NCBI GenBank assembly: GCA_965215565.1
Contig: CBDCDZ010000004.1
Coordinates: forward strand, 2,592,001 to 2,656,000
Direction of reading: 5' to 3'
Length of the DNA: 64,000 nucleotides
Origin: Trueperaceae bacterium
Lineage (GTDB): Bacteria; Deinococcota; Deinococci; Deinococcales; Trueperaceae
Part shown: positions 12,249 through 22,088 of the stretch, piece by piece
How the letters are laid out: each line of letters starts with the position of its first letter
Numbering within the stretch: the first letter of the stretch is position 1
Notes under the pieces: generated by a model
What the model saw: only the letters and a program-made list of their open reading frames with translations
Told to the model about the DNA's origin: nothing
The model's database searches: none
Translations under genes and position numbers: made by a program

Positions 12249-12575
12249 CTAAGCCCGACTCGTCAACCTCAGCCCGATAATCGCAACGAGAAGAAGGGCG
12301 AGAAAGAAAACTCGAGCCGCCGACAGCGGCTCGTCAAAAAGCACCACCCCCAGCACCGCTGCCCCCAACGCCCCGATGCCAACCCACACCCCGTACGCCG
12401 TTCCGATAGGCAACGTGCGAACCGCTACGCTCAGCAGCACCATACTGAGTGCAAGCGCCGCGAGCGTCACCACGCTCGGGACGAAGCGCGTAAAGCCCTC
12501 TGAATATTTAAGCGAGAGCGCCCACGTGACCTCGAGCAGCCCCGCCAGTAGCAACCACACCCACGCGAGTGACAT
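12249..12575 (-). CDS. sugE: SMR family exporter, SugE/Gdx-like
   Basis: WVWLLLAGLLEVTWA, LPIGTAYGVWVGIGA. Confidence 0.85.
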   Translation of the reverse strand: MSLAWVWLLLAGLLEVTWALSLKYSEGFTRFVPSVVTLAALALSMVLLSVAVRTLPIGTAYGVWVGIGALGAAVLGVVLFDEPLSAARVFFLALLLVAIIGLRLTSRA

Positions 12576-12753
12576 CTCGACCTCCCAGCGCTTACCATTT
12601 GGATGAGCGCAACAGACTCGAGCCTAGCTCATCCAGCCAACTTCGCATGTTGCTACCTTTCAAAACTGGACCAACCTTTTTCTTATCGACCACTGGATGT
12701 GAAACGTCTCAAATCACCGCGCTTCTCACCCTAGCGCGTGATAAATTGGCGAC

Positions 12754-14361
12754 GTGTTTAGCAGTCTCTCCAGGTGGTTTCACGCTTTAACTCAGCCCCA
12801 GGCTACGCCAGAAACAACGGCTGAAACGCGAGCGGAAGGTGCGCGCGAGGCTATGTTCTGGCAGCGCGTTCTCGTCTGCGTGGGCTGCGGCGCGCTCCTT
12901 AGCGTGGCGCTACCCACGCCGAACCTCTGGATTTTCTTCACCATGCTCACGCCGCTCTTTATCTTGGTGGCGCATAGTTGCCGTGTCGGGGCGGCGTTCG
13001 GCTACGGCTTCTTCTTCGGCGTCGCCTGTTTCGCGCTGCACATCATCTGGTTGCCGCAGAGCTTCGCGGACCCCGAGGTTTATGGCCCCTTCTTCTGGGT
13101 GCTCTATCCCTTTTTGCTCACTATCTTGGGTTGCTTTTGGGGCGTTGTTACGGGTCTAAGTAGGCTCACCGGGCGAAGAGGTGCGGGCACGCTCGTGATG
13201 CTTCCCGCCCTATGGGTCTTGATGGAGTGGGCACGCTCGCAGGGGCTCTTCGCCTTTCCTTGGGGGACGCTCGGGTATATCTGGACGGATACGCCGCTGG
13301 CGCAGCTTACAGACGTTGCCGGTGTTTACGGGTTGAGCTTGTTGACGGCTAGCGCCGCGTCGCTGCTCGCGGTTCCTTTTGTGGTGCGTTCCGAGATGCC
13401 ACAGGTAGCTCGTTGGCTTCCGCCCGCGGGTGCAGCGCTACTCCTCGTTACCGGACTCGTTTACGGCTTAGTTAGGCTCGAGCCTCTTCCCCCAACACAC
13501 CAGAGCGCGTTACTCGTCCAGGGCAACACTGACCCCTTGAGCCGCGTTACGACGCCTGGTGGCGAGGTGGCGCTTTACGAGAGCCTGACGCAAGGGGGGG
13601 TGAGAGAGGCAGAAAACGTTCCCGACTTAGTGGTTTGGCCCGAAGGGGCGGCGCTCGAGGTTGACCTCTCGCAAGACGCTACCGCCGCCGCGCAGATTCA
13701 GCGGAGCGCGCTTCAGGCGAACGTCATCGCGGGGGGCGGGGCGAGAGACCCCAGACCGCAGTTCAGCTCCTATAACAGCGCCTTTAGCATCGCGGACGGT
13801 GAGGTCATAGACCGCTACGACAAAGTCTACCTAGTCCCTTTCGGCGAGGTCTTCCCTTTCATCGGTCCTTTGGAACCTCTTTACCGCTTTATCTTCGCGC
13901 AGCTCGGTCTACCCCTTTTGAGCAGCCGCCCGCCCGGTGACGAAGTTAGCGCTTTAAGGCTGCCCGATACAGATGCCGCCGTCTACATCTGCTACGAGTC
14001 GGTCTTTCCGCACGTCACGCGGCAGATGGTAGCGCAAGGGGCGGAGGTGTTAGTCAACATCTCCAACGACGCCTGGTTTGGGCGCGGGCAGGGGGCACGG
14101 CAGCACTTCGAGATGGGGAACATGAGGGCGATCGAGACGCGGCGCTACCTCTTGCGAGCGGGGAATGACGGGATTACCGCGCTCGTCAACCCTTTCGGGG
14201 AAGTAGAAGCCCGACTCCCAAGGGGTGTGCAGGATACCTTACTAGTGGATTACCGCTTGCGTGAAGGGAAGACGCTTTACGTGCGTTTCGGCGACGTACT
14301 CATCATCTTGCTCGCTGTTTTTGCACTTGGATTTGGCGTGTTGCAGGGAAAGAAGCAATGA
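12754..14361 (+). CDS. lnt: Apolipoprotein N-acyltransferase
   Basis: FPWGTLGY, VQGN, WPE, YDKVYLVPFGE, ICYES, ISNDAWF. Confidence 0.95.
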   Translation: MFSSLSRWFHALTQPQATPETTAETRAEGAREAMFWQRVLVCVGCGALLSVALPTPNLWIFFTMLTPLFILVAHSCRVGAAFGYGFFFGVACFALHIIWLPQSFADPEVYGPFFWVLYPFLLTILGCFWGVVTGLSRLTGRRGAGTLVMLPALWVLMEWARSQGLFAFPWGTLGYIWTDTPLAQLTDVAGVYGLSLLTASAASLLAVPFVVRSEMPQVARWLPPAGAALLLVTGLVYGLVRLEPLPPTHQSALLVQGNTDPLSRVTTPGGEVALYESLTQGGVREAENVPDLVVWPEGAALEVDLSQDATAAAQIQRSALQANVIAGGGARDPRPQFSSYNSAFSIADGEVIDRYDKVYLVPFGEVFPFIGPLEPLYRFIFAQLGLPLLSSRPPGDEVSALRLPDTDAAVYICYESVFPHVTRQMVAQGAEVLVNISNDAWFGRGQGARQHFEMGNMRAIETRRYLLRAGNDGITALVNPFGEVEARLPRGVQDTLLVDYRLREGKTLYVRFGDVLIILLAVFALGFGVLQGKKQ

Positions 14362-14420
14362 GCAATGAGTAAAACCCAGAAGCTTTTCCACTCATTGCTC
14401 GTTGCTTTCAACTCATTGCT
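14353..14420. repeat. AGCAATG-type heptamer inverted repeat cluster between convergent genes
   Basis: AGCAATGAGCAATGAG...CTCATTGCTCGTTGCT; related at 15140, 24211, 45211. Confidence 0.75.
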
Positions 14421-14423
14421 GTC

Positions 14424-15080
14424 TTACTCCAGATGATTACGCAAGTTCTCGATAGACTCAGTTTCGCCGATCAGCACAACCCTGTCACTCGGACGGATTT
14501 CGAAGTCCGCCCGTGGGCTCACCTCTAACTTGCCGTCCCGGTTGACTGCGACGACTTGCACGCCGAAGCGGTTGGTGAGCTTGAGCTTGTCTAAGCGCCC
14601 GCAGAGCTTACTCTGCGCCTCGAACTCGATGACTTCATGGTCATCCCCTAAGTTAAAGGCGTCTACGATGCCCGGCGTGGCGAGCTGTTTGGCGAGGCGC
14701 ACGCCCATATCGTGCTCGGGGCGGATGACCTCATCTGCGCCGACTTGCGAAAGGACCTTCGCAGCCATATTGCTCGTCGCCTTGCTTACGACGCGCTTTG
14801 CGCCCTGGTTTTTCGCCGCGACGGTAGCTAAAATATTCGCTTCAAAGTTGTTGCCTATAGCGACGATGACCTGGTCAAAGGTGTCTAAACCGAGCTTCTT
14901 TAACGCCTCCTCGTCCGTCGCGTCTAAGATAGCGGCGTGCGTCACGCTGTTCATGATCGTCTCGATGGCGTCTTCTCGAGAGTCCACGACGACGACCTCA
15001 TGACCCAAATCGTAAAGTGTAGTGGCGAGCGCCGAGCCGAAGCGACCCGCGCCGATGACGAGAAACTGTTTAGCTTTCAT
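14424..15080 (-). CDS. ktrA: Ktr potassium uptake regulatory subunit (RCK_N/RCK_C)
   Basis: VIGAGRFG, DATDEEAL, GADEVIRPEHDMG. Confidence 0.9.
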   Translation of the reverse strand: MKAKQFLVIGAGRFGSALATTLYDLGHEVVVVDSREDAIETIMNSVTHAAILDATDEEALKKLGLDTFDQVIVAIGNNFEANILATVAAKNQGAKRVVSKATSNMAAKVLSQVGADEVIRPEHDMGVRLAKQLATPGIVDAFNLGDDHEVIEFEAQSKLCGRLDKLKLTNRFGVQVVAVNRDGKLEVSPRADFEIRPSDRVVLIGETESIENLRNHLE

Positions 15081-15139
15081 GATTATAGATACCTCGAGAC
15101 CTTTCCTTACGCTTCATATCCAACCGAAGTATAAATTTT

Positions 15140-15264
15140 AGCAATGAGCAATAAGCAATGAGTTGAAAGTGAAAAGCTTTTGGGGTTCACTCACCGTTCG
15201 TTCCTTCGGAAGCTAAAGCCACCAGCTCGACTGGATTGCTCGTTGCTCGTTCCTCATTGCTTCC
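15140..15264. repeat. Heptamer repeat cluster with internal ~45-nt module
   Basis: AGCAATG repeats; module CACCGTTCG...CCAGCTCGACTGGAT at 15192-15236. Confidence 0.75.
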
Positions 15265-15266
15265 TT

Positions 15267-16610
15267 CTAGCTAATCAACACCTCTTCCTCTGGATGCTTG
15301 ATGTCGCCTCCCCTGGGTTCTTGCACGATCGCAAGCGCGAACGTTAGAGGACCGACGCGCCCCAGATACATCAGCGCGATAACCACGAGCTGACCTATAA
15401 CGCTCAGCTCGCCCGTCGCGCCCATTGACAGCCCCACCGTGCCGAAAGCGGACATCGTCTCAAAGGCGAGCGGCAAAAGTTCGATACTTTCGGTGATGCT
15501 GAGCATAAAGAGCGCCGCGATGACGATACCGCTACTTAGCAAAACGACGGTGTCCGCTTTCATGGCGGTCTGCGTGCTGACGCGCCGTCCGAAAATAGTC
15601 AGCTCGCCGTAACCACGGACCATGCTCCAGGCACTCGCCGCGAGCACGAAGAACGTCGCCGTTTTGATGCCGCCCGCCGTCGAGCCCGGCGAGCCGCCGA
15701 TGAACATCAGCAGCATAGTGAAGATGAGCGTGGGGTTTTCCAGCGCGCCGATATCGACCGTGTTAAAGCCCGCCGTGCGCGGGGTGACGCCCTGGAAGAA
15801 CGCGCCCCAGAGTTTCGCGCCTAAGGGCAACTCGCCTAGCGTAGCGGGGTTGTTCCACTCGAGCGCTGCCACTACCCCAAAACCCAGCAAACAGAGCACC
15901 GCCGTCACGACCAAAACGATCTTGGTGTGCAGCGTCAGGCGGTTATGCCGCCTATTTCGCGCGTAGCCGATCAGGTTCACCTGCACGATAAAACCGAGCC
16001 CGCCCAAGATAAAAAGCCCAGTGATGACGATGTTCACAAGCGGATCGCCGACGAAGCGCGATAAGGAGTCGCCGTAAAACGCGAAGCCCGCGTTGTTCGA
16101 GGCGCTGATGCTGTGAAAGAGGGCGTAGAACGCGCCCGCGCCTGCGCCCTCCTCGGCGGCGAACGCGGGGTAGAGGAGCAGCGCACCGATGACCTCCACG
16201 CCCAGCGAGAGCAAGACGATATTGCGCACCAACTCCACCACGCCGCCCACCTGAAAGGCTTTGACCTGCTCCGCGACGCGCATCCTTTCGCCGAAGCCGA
16301 CGCGCCGCCCCAGCGCCAGCGCGAAGAGCGTGCCAAAGGTGATGAGCCCCAAACCGCCCAATTGAATCAAGATCATGATGACGCTCTGACCGAAGGGGCT
16401 CCAGGCGGTGCCCGTATCCACGACGATGAGCCCGGTGACGCAGAGCGCACTCGAGGCGGTAAAAAGCGCGTCCAGAAAGGTTAAATCTTCGCCCGGCGCG
16501 TGCGACCAGGGCAGCCACAAGAGGAGTGTGCCGATAAGCCCGGTGACGCCGAATGAAAGCGCGATGACCGTGGCGGGCGAGAGGGTTCTGCGGCGGGGAC
16601 GCCCGCTCAT
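15267..16610 (-). CDS. ktrB: Ktr potassium uptake permease
   Basis: SALCVTGL, NNAGF, PRTAGF, GSTAGGIK, FGTVGLS. Confidence 0.92.
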   Translation of the reverse strand: MSGRPRRRTLSPATVIALSFGVTGLIGTLLLWLPWSHAPGEDLTFLDALFTASSALCVTGLIVVDTGTAWSPFGQSVIMILIQLGGLGLITFGTLFALALGRRVGFGERMRVAEQVKAFQVGGVVELVRNIVLLSLGVEVIGALLLYPAFAAEEGAGAGAFYALFHSISASNNAGFAFYGDSLSRFVGDPLVNIVITGLFILGGLGFIVQVNLIGYARNRRHNRLTLHTKIVLVVTAVLCLLGFGVVAALEWNNPATLGELPLGAKLWGAFFQGVTPRTAGFNTVDIGALENPTLIFTMLLMFIGGSPGSTAGGIKTATFFVLAASAWSMVRGYGELTIFGRRVSTQTAMKADTVVLLSSGIVIAALFMLSITESIELLPLAFETMSAFGTVGLSMGATGELSVIGQLVVIALMYLGRVGPLTFALAIVQEPRGGDIKHPEEEVLIS

Positions 16611-16875
16611 AGGAGGGTCCGTTTGGTGATGTAATTCAGATAGAGGCGCAGCACAGCACGTAGCTTATCACCTAACGGCTCAGAGGCGTTTACGTGGTTG
16701 GTAGCTCGAGCGTCGTTTCGGTATGACGCATCCCTCACCAAGCGGTCACCTAGGGCCAACTGTAAGAGTTTCGTAGTGCAAGTAACGAGCAAGAGCGCTA
16801 CGAACCTCTTCATCATTCTTTACAGGTGGCGCTTGTAACCCGGCGGGACCTCGCAGAATCGTGTATGCTTAGCCC

Positions 16876-18225
16876 ATGAATGTCGTGCTCGTTGGTGGCG
16901 GTGAAATCGGCTCGCAGGTGGCGGAGGCGCTGCAACACGCGCATAGCGTCACGGTGATTGACACGGACGCGGAGCGCTCGAGCGCCTTCGAAACGATCGA
17001 CGTGCGCTTTATCCAGGGTAACGGCGCAGACCCCAATGATCTGCGCGCTGCGGGCGCGGACAAGGCGGACGCCTTTATCGCCTGCACTATCAATGATGAC
17101 ATCAACGTGCTCGCGTGCTTAGCCGCGAAGGGTCTAGGCGCAAAGGAGACGATGGCGTTCGTGACGCGCAAGCGTTACGTCGAGGCGTTCGCCGAGTCGG
17201 GCATGATGGAGGGCGTCGGGCTGATGATTGACAGGATGCTCTGGCCGCAGCGCATCTTGGCGAACCAGATCGCGGACATCGTGCAGGTGCCGCGCGCAGT
17301 GGACAGCACCTTTTTTGCGGGCAAGAAGATTCAGCTTTTGGAGTACAAACTAGAAGAGGGCGACCCCTTTACAGGTAAGCCCTTGAGCGACCTCACGCTA
17401 CCTAAAAGTGCACTCATCGTCGGCTCGATTCGCGGTGAGTCCTTTATCATCCCCTCGGGTAAGACGGTGCTCTGCCCCGGCGATAAGGCTGTCTTTATGG
17501 GAACCGTACCGAGCATGAAAGAGGTGGAGGCGCGCTTTGCGCCGCGCAAACGTCGCCCGAATGTGACCATTGTCGGCGGCGGCAACGTTGGTTTTATGGT
17601 GGCGGAAAAGCTCCAGGAGAGCCAAGCCCGCATCACCGTCATCGAAATGGACGAAAAACGCAGCGAGGATTTGGCGCGGTTTCTGCCCAAAGTGCTCGTG
17701 CTGCGCGGCGACGGCACCGACTTAGAGCTTTTAGAGCAGGAACGCGTCGAAGACGCCGACGTGCTCGTCGCGGTCACGAACGACGACAGCAAAAACCTGC
17801 TCACCTCGCTCTTGGGCAAGCAGTTGGGCATCCCTAAAGTCATCACGCGCGTCGCCAGGGCGCGCAACCGCCGCCTTTTCGAGCGCGTCGGCATCGACAC
17901 CTCTTTAGCGCCGCGCACTGCCGCCGTGCAGGAAGTCTTGAACTGGTTAGAAGCAGACGCCGTCGACCACTTAGCCAGCATCGAGGACCGCGCCGAAGTG
18001 ATGGAGGTCTCGTATCCGTACCAGTGCGAAACCGGGCGCATCCGCGATTTGGGCGCGCCGCCTGACAGCCTCATCGGGGCGGTGCTGCGCAAGAACGACG
18101 TGTTCATCCCCGACGGCGAGACCAAGATTCAGCACGGCGACCACCTCTTTATCGTCACCACGCCCGACAACGTGAACGCGGTGCACGACTGGCTGGAGGC
18201 GAAGCGCTTAGCCGAGGCACGGTAG
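16876..18225 (+). CDS. trkA: Trk system potassium uptake protein TrkA
   Basis: Two RCK repeats with VGGGEIG and VGGGNVG; 449 aa. Confidence 0.92.
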   Translation: MNVVLVGGGEIGSQVAEALQHAHSVTVIDTDAERSSAFETIDVRFIQGNGADPNDLRAAGADKADAFIACTINDDINVLACLAAKGLGAKETMAFVTRKRYVEAFAESGMMEGVGLMIDRMLWPQRILANQIADIVQVPRAVDSTFFAGKKIQLLEYKLEEGDPFTGKPLSDLTLPKSALIVGSIRGESFIIPSGKTVLCPGDKAVFMGTVPSMKEVEARFAPRKRRPNVTIVGGGNVGFMVAEKLQESQARITVIEMDEKRSEDLARFLPKVLVLRGDGTDLELLEQERVEDADVLVAVTNDDSKNLLTSLLGKQLGIPKVITRVARARNRRLFERVGIDTSLAPRTAAVQEVLNWLEADAVDHLASIEDRAEVMEVSYPYQCETGRIRDLGAPPDSLIGAVLRKNDVFIPDGETKIQHGDHLFIVTTPDNVNAVHDWLEAKRLAEAR

Positions 18226-18240
18226 GGATTACACTAAGTT

Positions 18241-19230
18241 ATGGCTCAACCCGCCTGGCTCCACCTCTTCGAGCGCACCTTTCCGAGCGCCAACATGGTT
18301 TTAGTAAGAGGCGAGACCCCCGTGCTCATCGACACGGGTTTCGGCAGCGACGCCGCGAGGACGCGGGCGCTGCTCTACAGCGCGGGCGTGCCGGCTGAAC
18401 GCCTAGCGCTGATTGTAAACACGCACTATTACAGCGACCACGCGGGCGGTAACTTCGACTTGCAGTCGCGTTACAGCCTGCCCATCGCCGCGCACCGCTG
18501 GGAAGCAGGCGTCGTGAACAGCCGTAACAAGGAGGCGTGCGGCGCGAGGTGGCTGCGTCAACCTGTTGAACCTTACACGGTGAACCGGCTTCTCACCGAT
18601 GGCGACGAGATTTCAGCGGGCGGCGTGATGTTGCGCGTACTGCACACGCCAGGACATACGCTTGGGCATATTTCGCTCTTCGAAGAGCGCGAAAAGGTCC
18701 TGATCTGCGGCGACGCGGTGCACGGCGACGACGTGGCGTGGCTCAACCCCTTTCGGGAGGGCGTCGGCGCGATTGAGCGGGCGATGGACTCTCTAGAGCG
18801 GCTTTTGCGGTTGCGCGCGCGCTGGGCGTGCTCGGGGCACGGCGCGCCGATGACGGACCCCAGCGCGGCGCTCAAGGTGGCGCTGCGGCGCTACGAGCGG
18901 TGGTTGAGCGAGCCCGAGCGCGTTGCCTGGCACGGCATGAAGCGCATCTTCGCTTACGCGCTCATGCTCAGCGGCGGACTTTTAGAGGACGAGGTGGCGG
19001 CGTATCTGGGCTCGAGCCCCTGGTTTAGAGACTACAGCGCGCACGTGTTCGAGTTAGCGCCCGAAGACCTCGTTGCGCCGTTTTTAGAGGAGATACAGCG
19101 TTCCGGGGCGGCGTCCTGGCACGAGGAGGGTGGGAGCCGCCGCTTGGTAGCGCAAGCGCCACATAACGTTGCGTCAGATTGGTGGCCCAAGCACACCCGC
19201 CCCGCCGCCTGGCCCAAAGTGGCCCCTTGA
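18241..19230 (+). CDS. MBL-fold metallo-hydrolase
   Basis: LIDTG, THYYSDHAGG (HxHxDH with His to Tyr), HTPGHT, GDAV, SGHG. Confidence 0.85.
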   Translation: MAQPAWLHLFERTFPSANMVLVRGETPVLIDTGFGSDAARTRALLYSAGVPAERLALIVNTHYYSDHAGGNFDLQSRYSLPIAAHRWEAGVVNSRNKEACGARWLRQPVEPYTVNRLLTDGDEISAGGVMLRVLHTPGHTLGHISLFEEREKVLICGDAVHGDDVAWLNPFREGVGAIERAMDSLERLLRLRARWACSGHGAPMTDPSAALKVALRRYERWLSEPERVAWHGMKRIFAYALMLSGGLLEDEVAAYLGSSPWFRDYSAHVFELAPEDLVAPFLEEIQRSGAASWHEEGGSRRLVAQAPHNVASDWWPKHTRPAAWPKVAP

Positions 19231-19361
19231 ATGTAGCTAAGAACCGTCTGACCATGAACGCACCTAGAACGAGCGTGAAAAACTTCATAAAACCTTAAAA
19301 TAAGCAGGGATACCCCTCCATCCTTACGCCCTTTTCACCTCGGCGCGGTATAAGCTAGAGC

Positions 19362-20174
19362 ATGACGCGCACGCTCGAGATGATGTGGAACAGCGTCGTC
19401 TCCTTTTTCTCCAACCTCTGGAACACGCTGCTGCCCACCTTGCAGTCTTTCTTGCAGGGCCTGGACCCGCTGATGTGGGGCATCATCGCCGCCGGGCTCC
19501 TCATCCTTTTGCTCCTCCTGATGCTTCTGCGCGGACGCCGCCCCGAGGAGAGCGCCCCGAGCAAACCCGAGCTGCTCGTGTCGCTGGGCGAAATTCGCGT
19601 GCTCGACGACTACGTCGACAAAAGCGGGGAGGATAACCGAGGCGGGCTCATGCGCCCCGTGAGCCACGCGCTGCGCATGACGGTCAGCAACCTCAACACC
19701 TACCCCGTGCAGCTTTTAGAAGTCGCCCTGAAAACGCCCGAGATGGACGCGCCCATCACCCTCGAGACCGCGCAGATCGTCGCGCCCGAAGCCTCGGTCA
19801 TGCTCAAGGAGAAGCTGCCGCAGTTCAGCGGCGAAGAGGGCAAGCTCACCCTGTACTTCTACCTTTCGGGTAGCGGCAAGCGCTACGTCTCGCTGAGCGC
19901 GAACTTCGAGTTCGAGCCCTGGGACGCCCGCTACAAAGTCTCGCCGCTTGGTCAGACGCTTACCCCTTTCCGGCAGCTCGCGAGCGCTCACGTCAGCAGA
20001 CTGCGCGAGCGCTCCTGGCAGGAGCGGCAGGCGCAAGAGGCGCAGCGCGAGCGCCGCGAAAAGGTAGCCGCGTTTGCAACTCGTGACGGCTGGCAAGAGG
20101 AACGCTCTGCAGAGCGCGCGGACCCGGAGCGGGAACGCCCCGCGAACGGCTTTAACTTTCCTGATGAATTCTAA
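19362..20174 (+). CDS. Hypothetical membrane-anchored protein
   Basis: 270 aa with one strong TM helix; TAAGCT -10 just upstream. Confidence 0.7.
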   Translation: MTRTLEMMWNSVVSFFSNLWNTLLPTLQSFLQGLDPLMWGIIAAGLLILLLLLMLLRGRRPEESAPSKPELLVSLGEIRVLDDYVDKSGEDNRGGLMRPVSHALRMTVSNLNTYPVQLLEVALKTPEMDAPITLETAQIVAPEASVMLKEKLPQFSGEEGKLTLYFYLSGSGKRYVSLSANFEFEPWDARYKVSPLGQTLTPFRQLASAHVSRLRERSWQERQAQEAQRERREKVAAFATRDGWQEERSAERADPERERPANGFNFPDEF

Positions 20175-20180
20175 TAGCAG

Positions 20181-20333
20181 GTTAAGGGCGTCTGTTACCC
20201 TCTGCCTATAGTGCTCTTTGAGAGACTGTTCAAGGGCGCGGCGGTAGAGTTCGCTACGGGAGATGCCCAAATCTTTAGCAACCTCTTCCGCCTCTTCGAA
20301 GGTTGTCTCGGGAATAGAAATCGCTGTTTTTAT
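20181..20333 (-). pseudogene. ChpI/MazE-like ribbon-helix-helix antitoxin remnant
   Basis: (I)KTAISIPETTFEEAEEVAKDLGISRSELYRRAL...VTDALN; begins ATA instead of ATG, lacks its C-terminus and stop; repeat A lies just upstream. Confidence 0.7.
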
Positions 20334-20339
20334 ACCTTA

Positions 20340-20450
20340 TAGCAGGTATCATCTGGTTTGAGCCAATCTCACTAGGTAAAACGTCGCGTAGCACGCACTT
20401 TAGGAGATGATATCTGCGTGATTCAAGCTCAGTACTTCTGATAACCGTTA
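20340..20450 (+). mobile_element. Repeat family A copy
   Basis: TAGCAGGTATCATCTGG...GAGATGATATCTGC...CTCAGTAC. Confidence 0.8.
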
Positions 20451-20464
20451 TAGTTAAAGCGCAC

Positions 20465-20605
20465 ACTGAGACTAATAAGCGCAGATTTCACAGCTACTGT
20501 AACGGAACCTCATCCTTAAAGATGGCGCGTTAAGCGATTGTTTTTACAGTAAGCGCGTTTGTGACCAGCTCCGAACGTCAGTAGGACAGACTTTGATACC
20601 TGCTG
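20465..20605 (-). mobile_element. Repeat family A copy (inverted, with micro-insertions in both arms)
   Basis: ACTGAGAC...CCTCATC...GACCAG[insert]TGATACCTGCTG. Confidence 0.7.
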
Positions 20606-20625
20606 TGAGCCGCTATACTACCCTC

Positions 20626-21186
20626 ATGGGTGAAGCCGTCCTCAAGCTCCAACCTCTCTCCGAAGAGGCGTACCTCAGCCACGAACTTCACAGTGCGCTC
20701 AAGCATGAATATGTAGACGGGCAAATCTACGCCCTTGCAGGCGCAGCCGACCGGCACAACCTCGTCAGTATGAATGTCGCGGGCTACCTGTGGGGAGCGA
20801 GTCGCGGCGGTCCTTGCCGTGTCTACTCGAGCGACATGAAAGTGCGCGTTCAAACCGACCTCACGAACCGCTTCTACTATCCTGACGTGATGGTCACCTG
20901 TGACCCCAATGACACCGAGGATTACTTCAAAGTTTCGCCCTGCCTTATCGCCGAGGTGCTTTCGCCGAGCACCCAGGGCACCGACCGGCGCGAAAAGCTC
21001 TTCGCGTATCAGCGCATCCCTAGCCTAGACTACTACCTCATCGTCGAGCCGAATGAGCGTTTTGTCGAGCTGTACCGCCGTGACGAACGAGGTTGGTGGT
21101 ATCACGAATTTCGCGGTGACGGCGTTTTGAAGTTGGGGTGTCCTAAGCTCGAGCTGAGCCTAGAACAAATCTACGAAGGGCTCTAA
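20626..21186 (+). CDS. Uma2 (DUF820) family PD-(D/E)xK endonuclease-like protein, copy 1
   Basis: HEYVDG, YYPDVMVTCD, AEVLSPST...DRREK, YYLIVEP; TATACT 6 nt before ATG 20626. Confidence 0.9.
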   Translation: MGEAVLKLQPLSEEAYLSHELHSALKHEYVDGQIYALAGAADRHNLVSMNVAGYLWGASRGGPCRVYSSDMKVRVQTDLTNRFYYPDVMVTCDPNDTEDYFKVSPCLIAEVLSPSTQGTDRREKLFAYQRIPSLDYYLIVEPNERFVELYRRDERGWWYHEFRGDGVLKLGCPKLELSLEQIYEGL

Positions 21187-21224
21187 GGTCATGAGGCGAA
21201 CCACAGCAGGTATATACTACCGTC

Positions 21225-21785
21225 ATGGGTGAAGCTGTCCTCAAGCTCCAACCTCTTTCTGAAGAGGCGTACCTCAGCCACGAACTTCACAGTGCGCTCA
21301 AGCACGAATATGTGGATGGACAAATTTACGCCCTCGCAGGCGCAGCCGACCGGCACAACCGTATCTCAGGCAATATCTTCTTTCGGTTGCGCGGCGCTGC
21401 GGGCGTTGAGCCTTGCCGCGTTTACATGAGTGACATGAAAGTTCGCATCCAAACCGACCTCACCAGCCGCTTCTATTACCCCGATGTGATGGTCACGTGC
21501 GACTCAGAAGATATAGAAGACTTCTTCAAAACTTCGCCTTGCCTCATCGCGGAGGTGCTTTCGCCGAGTACTCAAGGCACAGACAGGCGCGAAAAGCTCT
21601 TCGCGTATCAGAGCGTTCCTAGCCTGGACTACTACCTTATTGTAGACCCAGATGAGCGCTTTGTTGAATTATATCGGCGTGACGAAAGGGGCTGGTGGTA
21701 TCACGAGTTTCGTGAGGATGGCGTTTTGAAGTTGGGGTGTCCTAAGCTCGAGCTATCTTTAGAACAAATCTACGAAGGGCTTTAG
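21225..21785 (+). CDS. Uma2 (DUF820) family protein, copy 2
   Basis: Close paralog of copy 1 with its own TATACT -10. Confidence 0.9.
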   Translation: MGEAVLKLQPLSEEAYLSHELHSALKHEYVDGQIYALAGAADRHNRISGNIFFRLRGAAGVEPCRVYMSDMKVRIQTDLTSRFYYPDVMVTCDSEDIEDFFKTSPCLIAEVLSPSTQGTDRREKLFAYQSVPSLDYYLIVDPDERFVELYRRDERGWWYHEFREDGVLKLGCPKLELSLEQIYEGL

Positions 21786-22088
21786 ATGGCAACCAAACTC
21801 ACCTATCCGTATATAAGCACCAACCCCGAGATTGCCGACGGTGCACCGCTCATTGGAGGCACGCGCGTCACGGTTCGCACGGTGGCGGGCTACTATCAGA
21901 TGGGTATGACGCCCGACGAGATTCTCTTGTCGCTCCCTCACCTCACGCTCTCCCAGGTTCATTCCGCTCTGGCGTACTACTTTGACCATCAGCAAGAGGT
22001 GGATGAGGGTTTGAGGGCGGCGAGTGATGAGGAATACTGGAAGGGGCGAGTTAAAAGGCATCCTAAGTCAACGTCCGCCGACTTTTGA
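21786..22088 (+). CDS. DUF433 family antitoxin (VapB45-like)
   Basis: NPEIADGAPLIGGTRVTV...PHLTLSQVHSALAYYFDH. Confidence 0.9.
   Translation: MATKLTYPYISTNPEIADGAPLIGGTRVTVRTVAGYYQMGMTPDEILLSLPHLTLSQVHSALAYYFDHQQEVDEGLRAASDEEYWKGRVKRHPKSTSADF

Noticed and set aside
12576..12750. Guanidine riboswitch expected upstream of sugE/gdx
   Set aside because: A TGGATGAGC/GCTCATCCA hairpin is present, but I could not find the twin ACGR loops or class I/III consensus motifs
19716..20180. C-terminal part of the 184-aa minus ORF
   Set aside because: Antisense read-through over the 19362-20174 gene; only the antitoxin-like 5' part looks genuine
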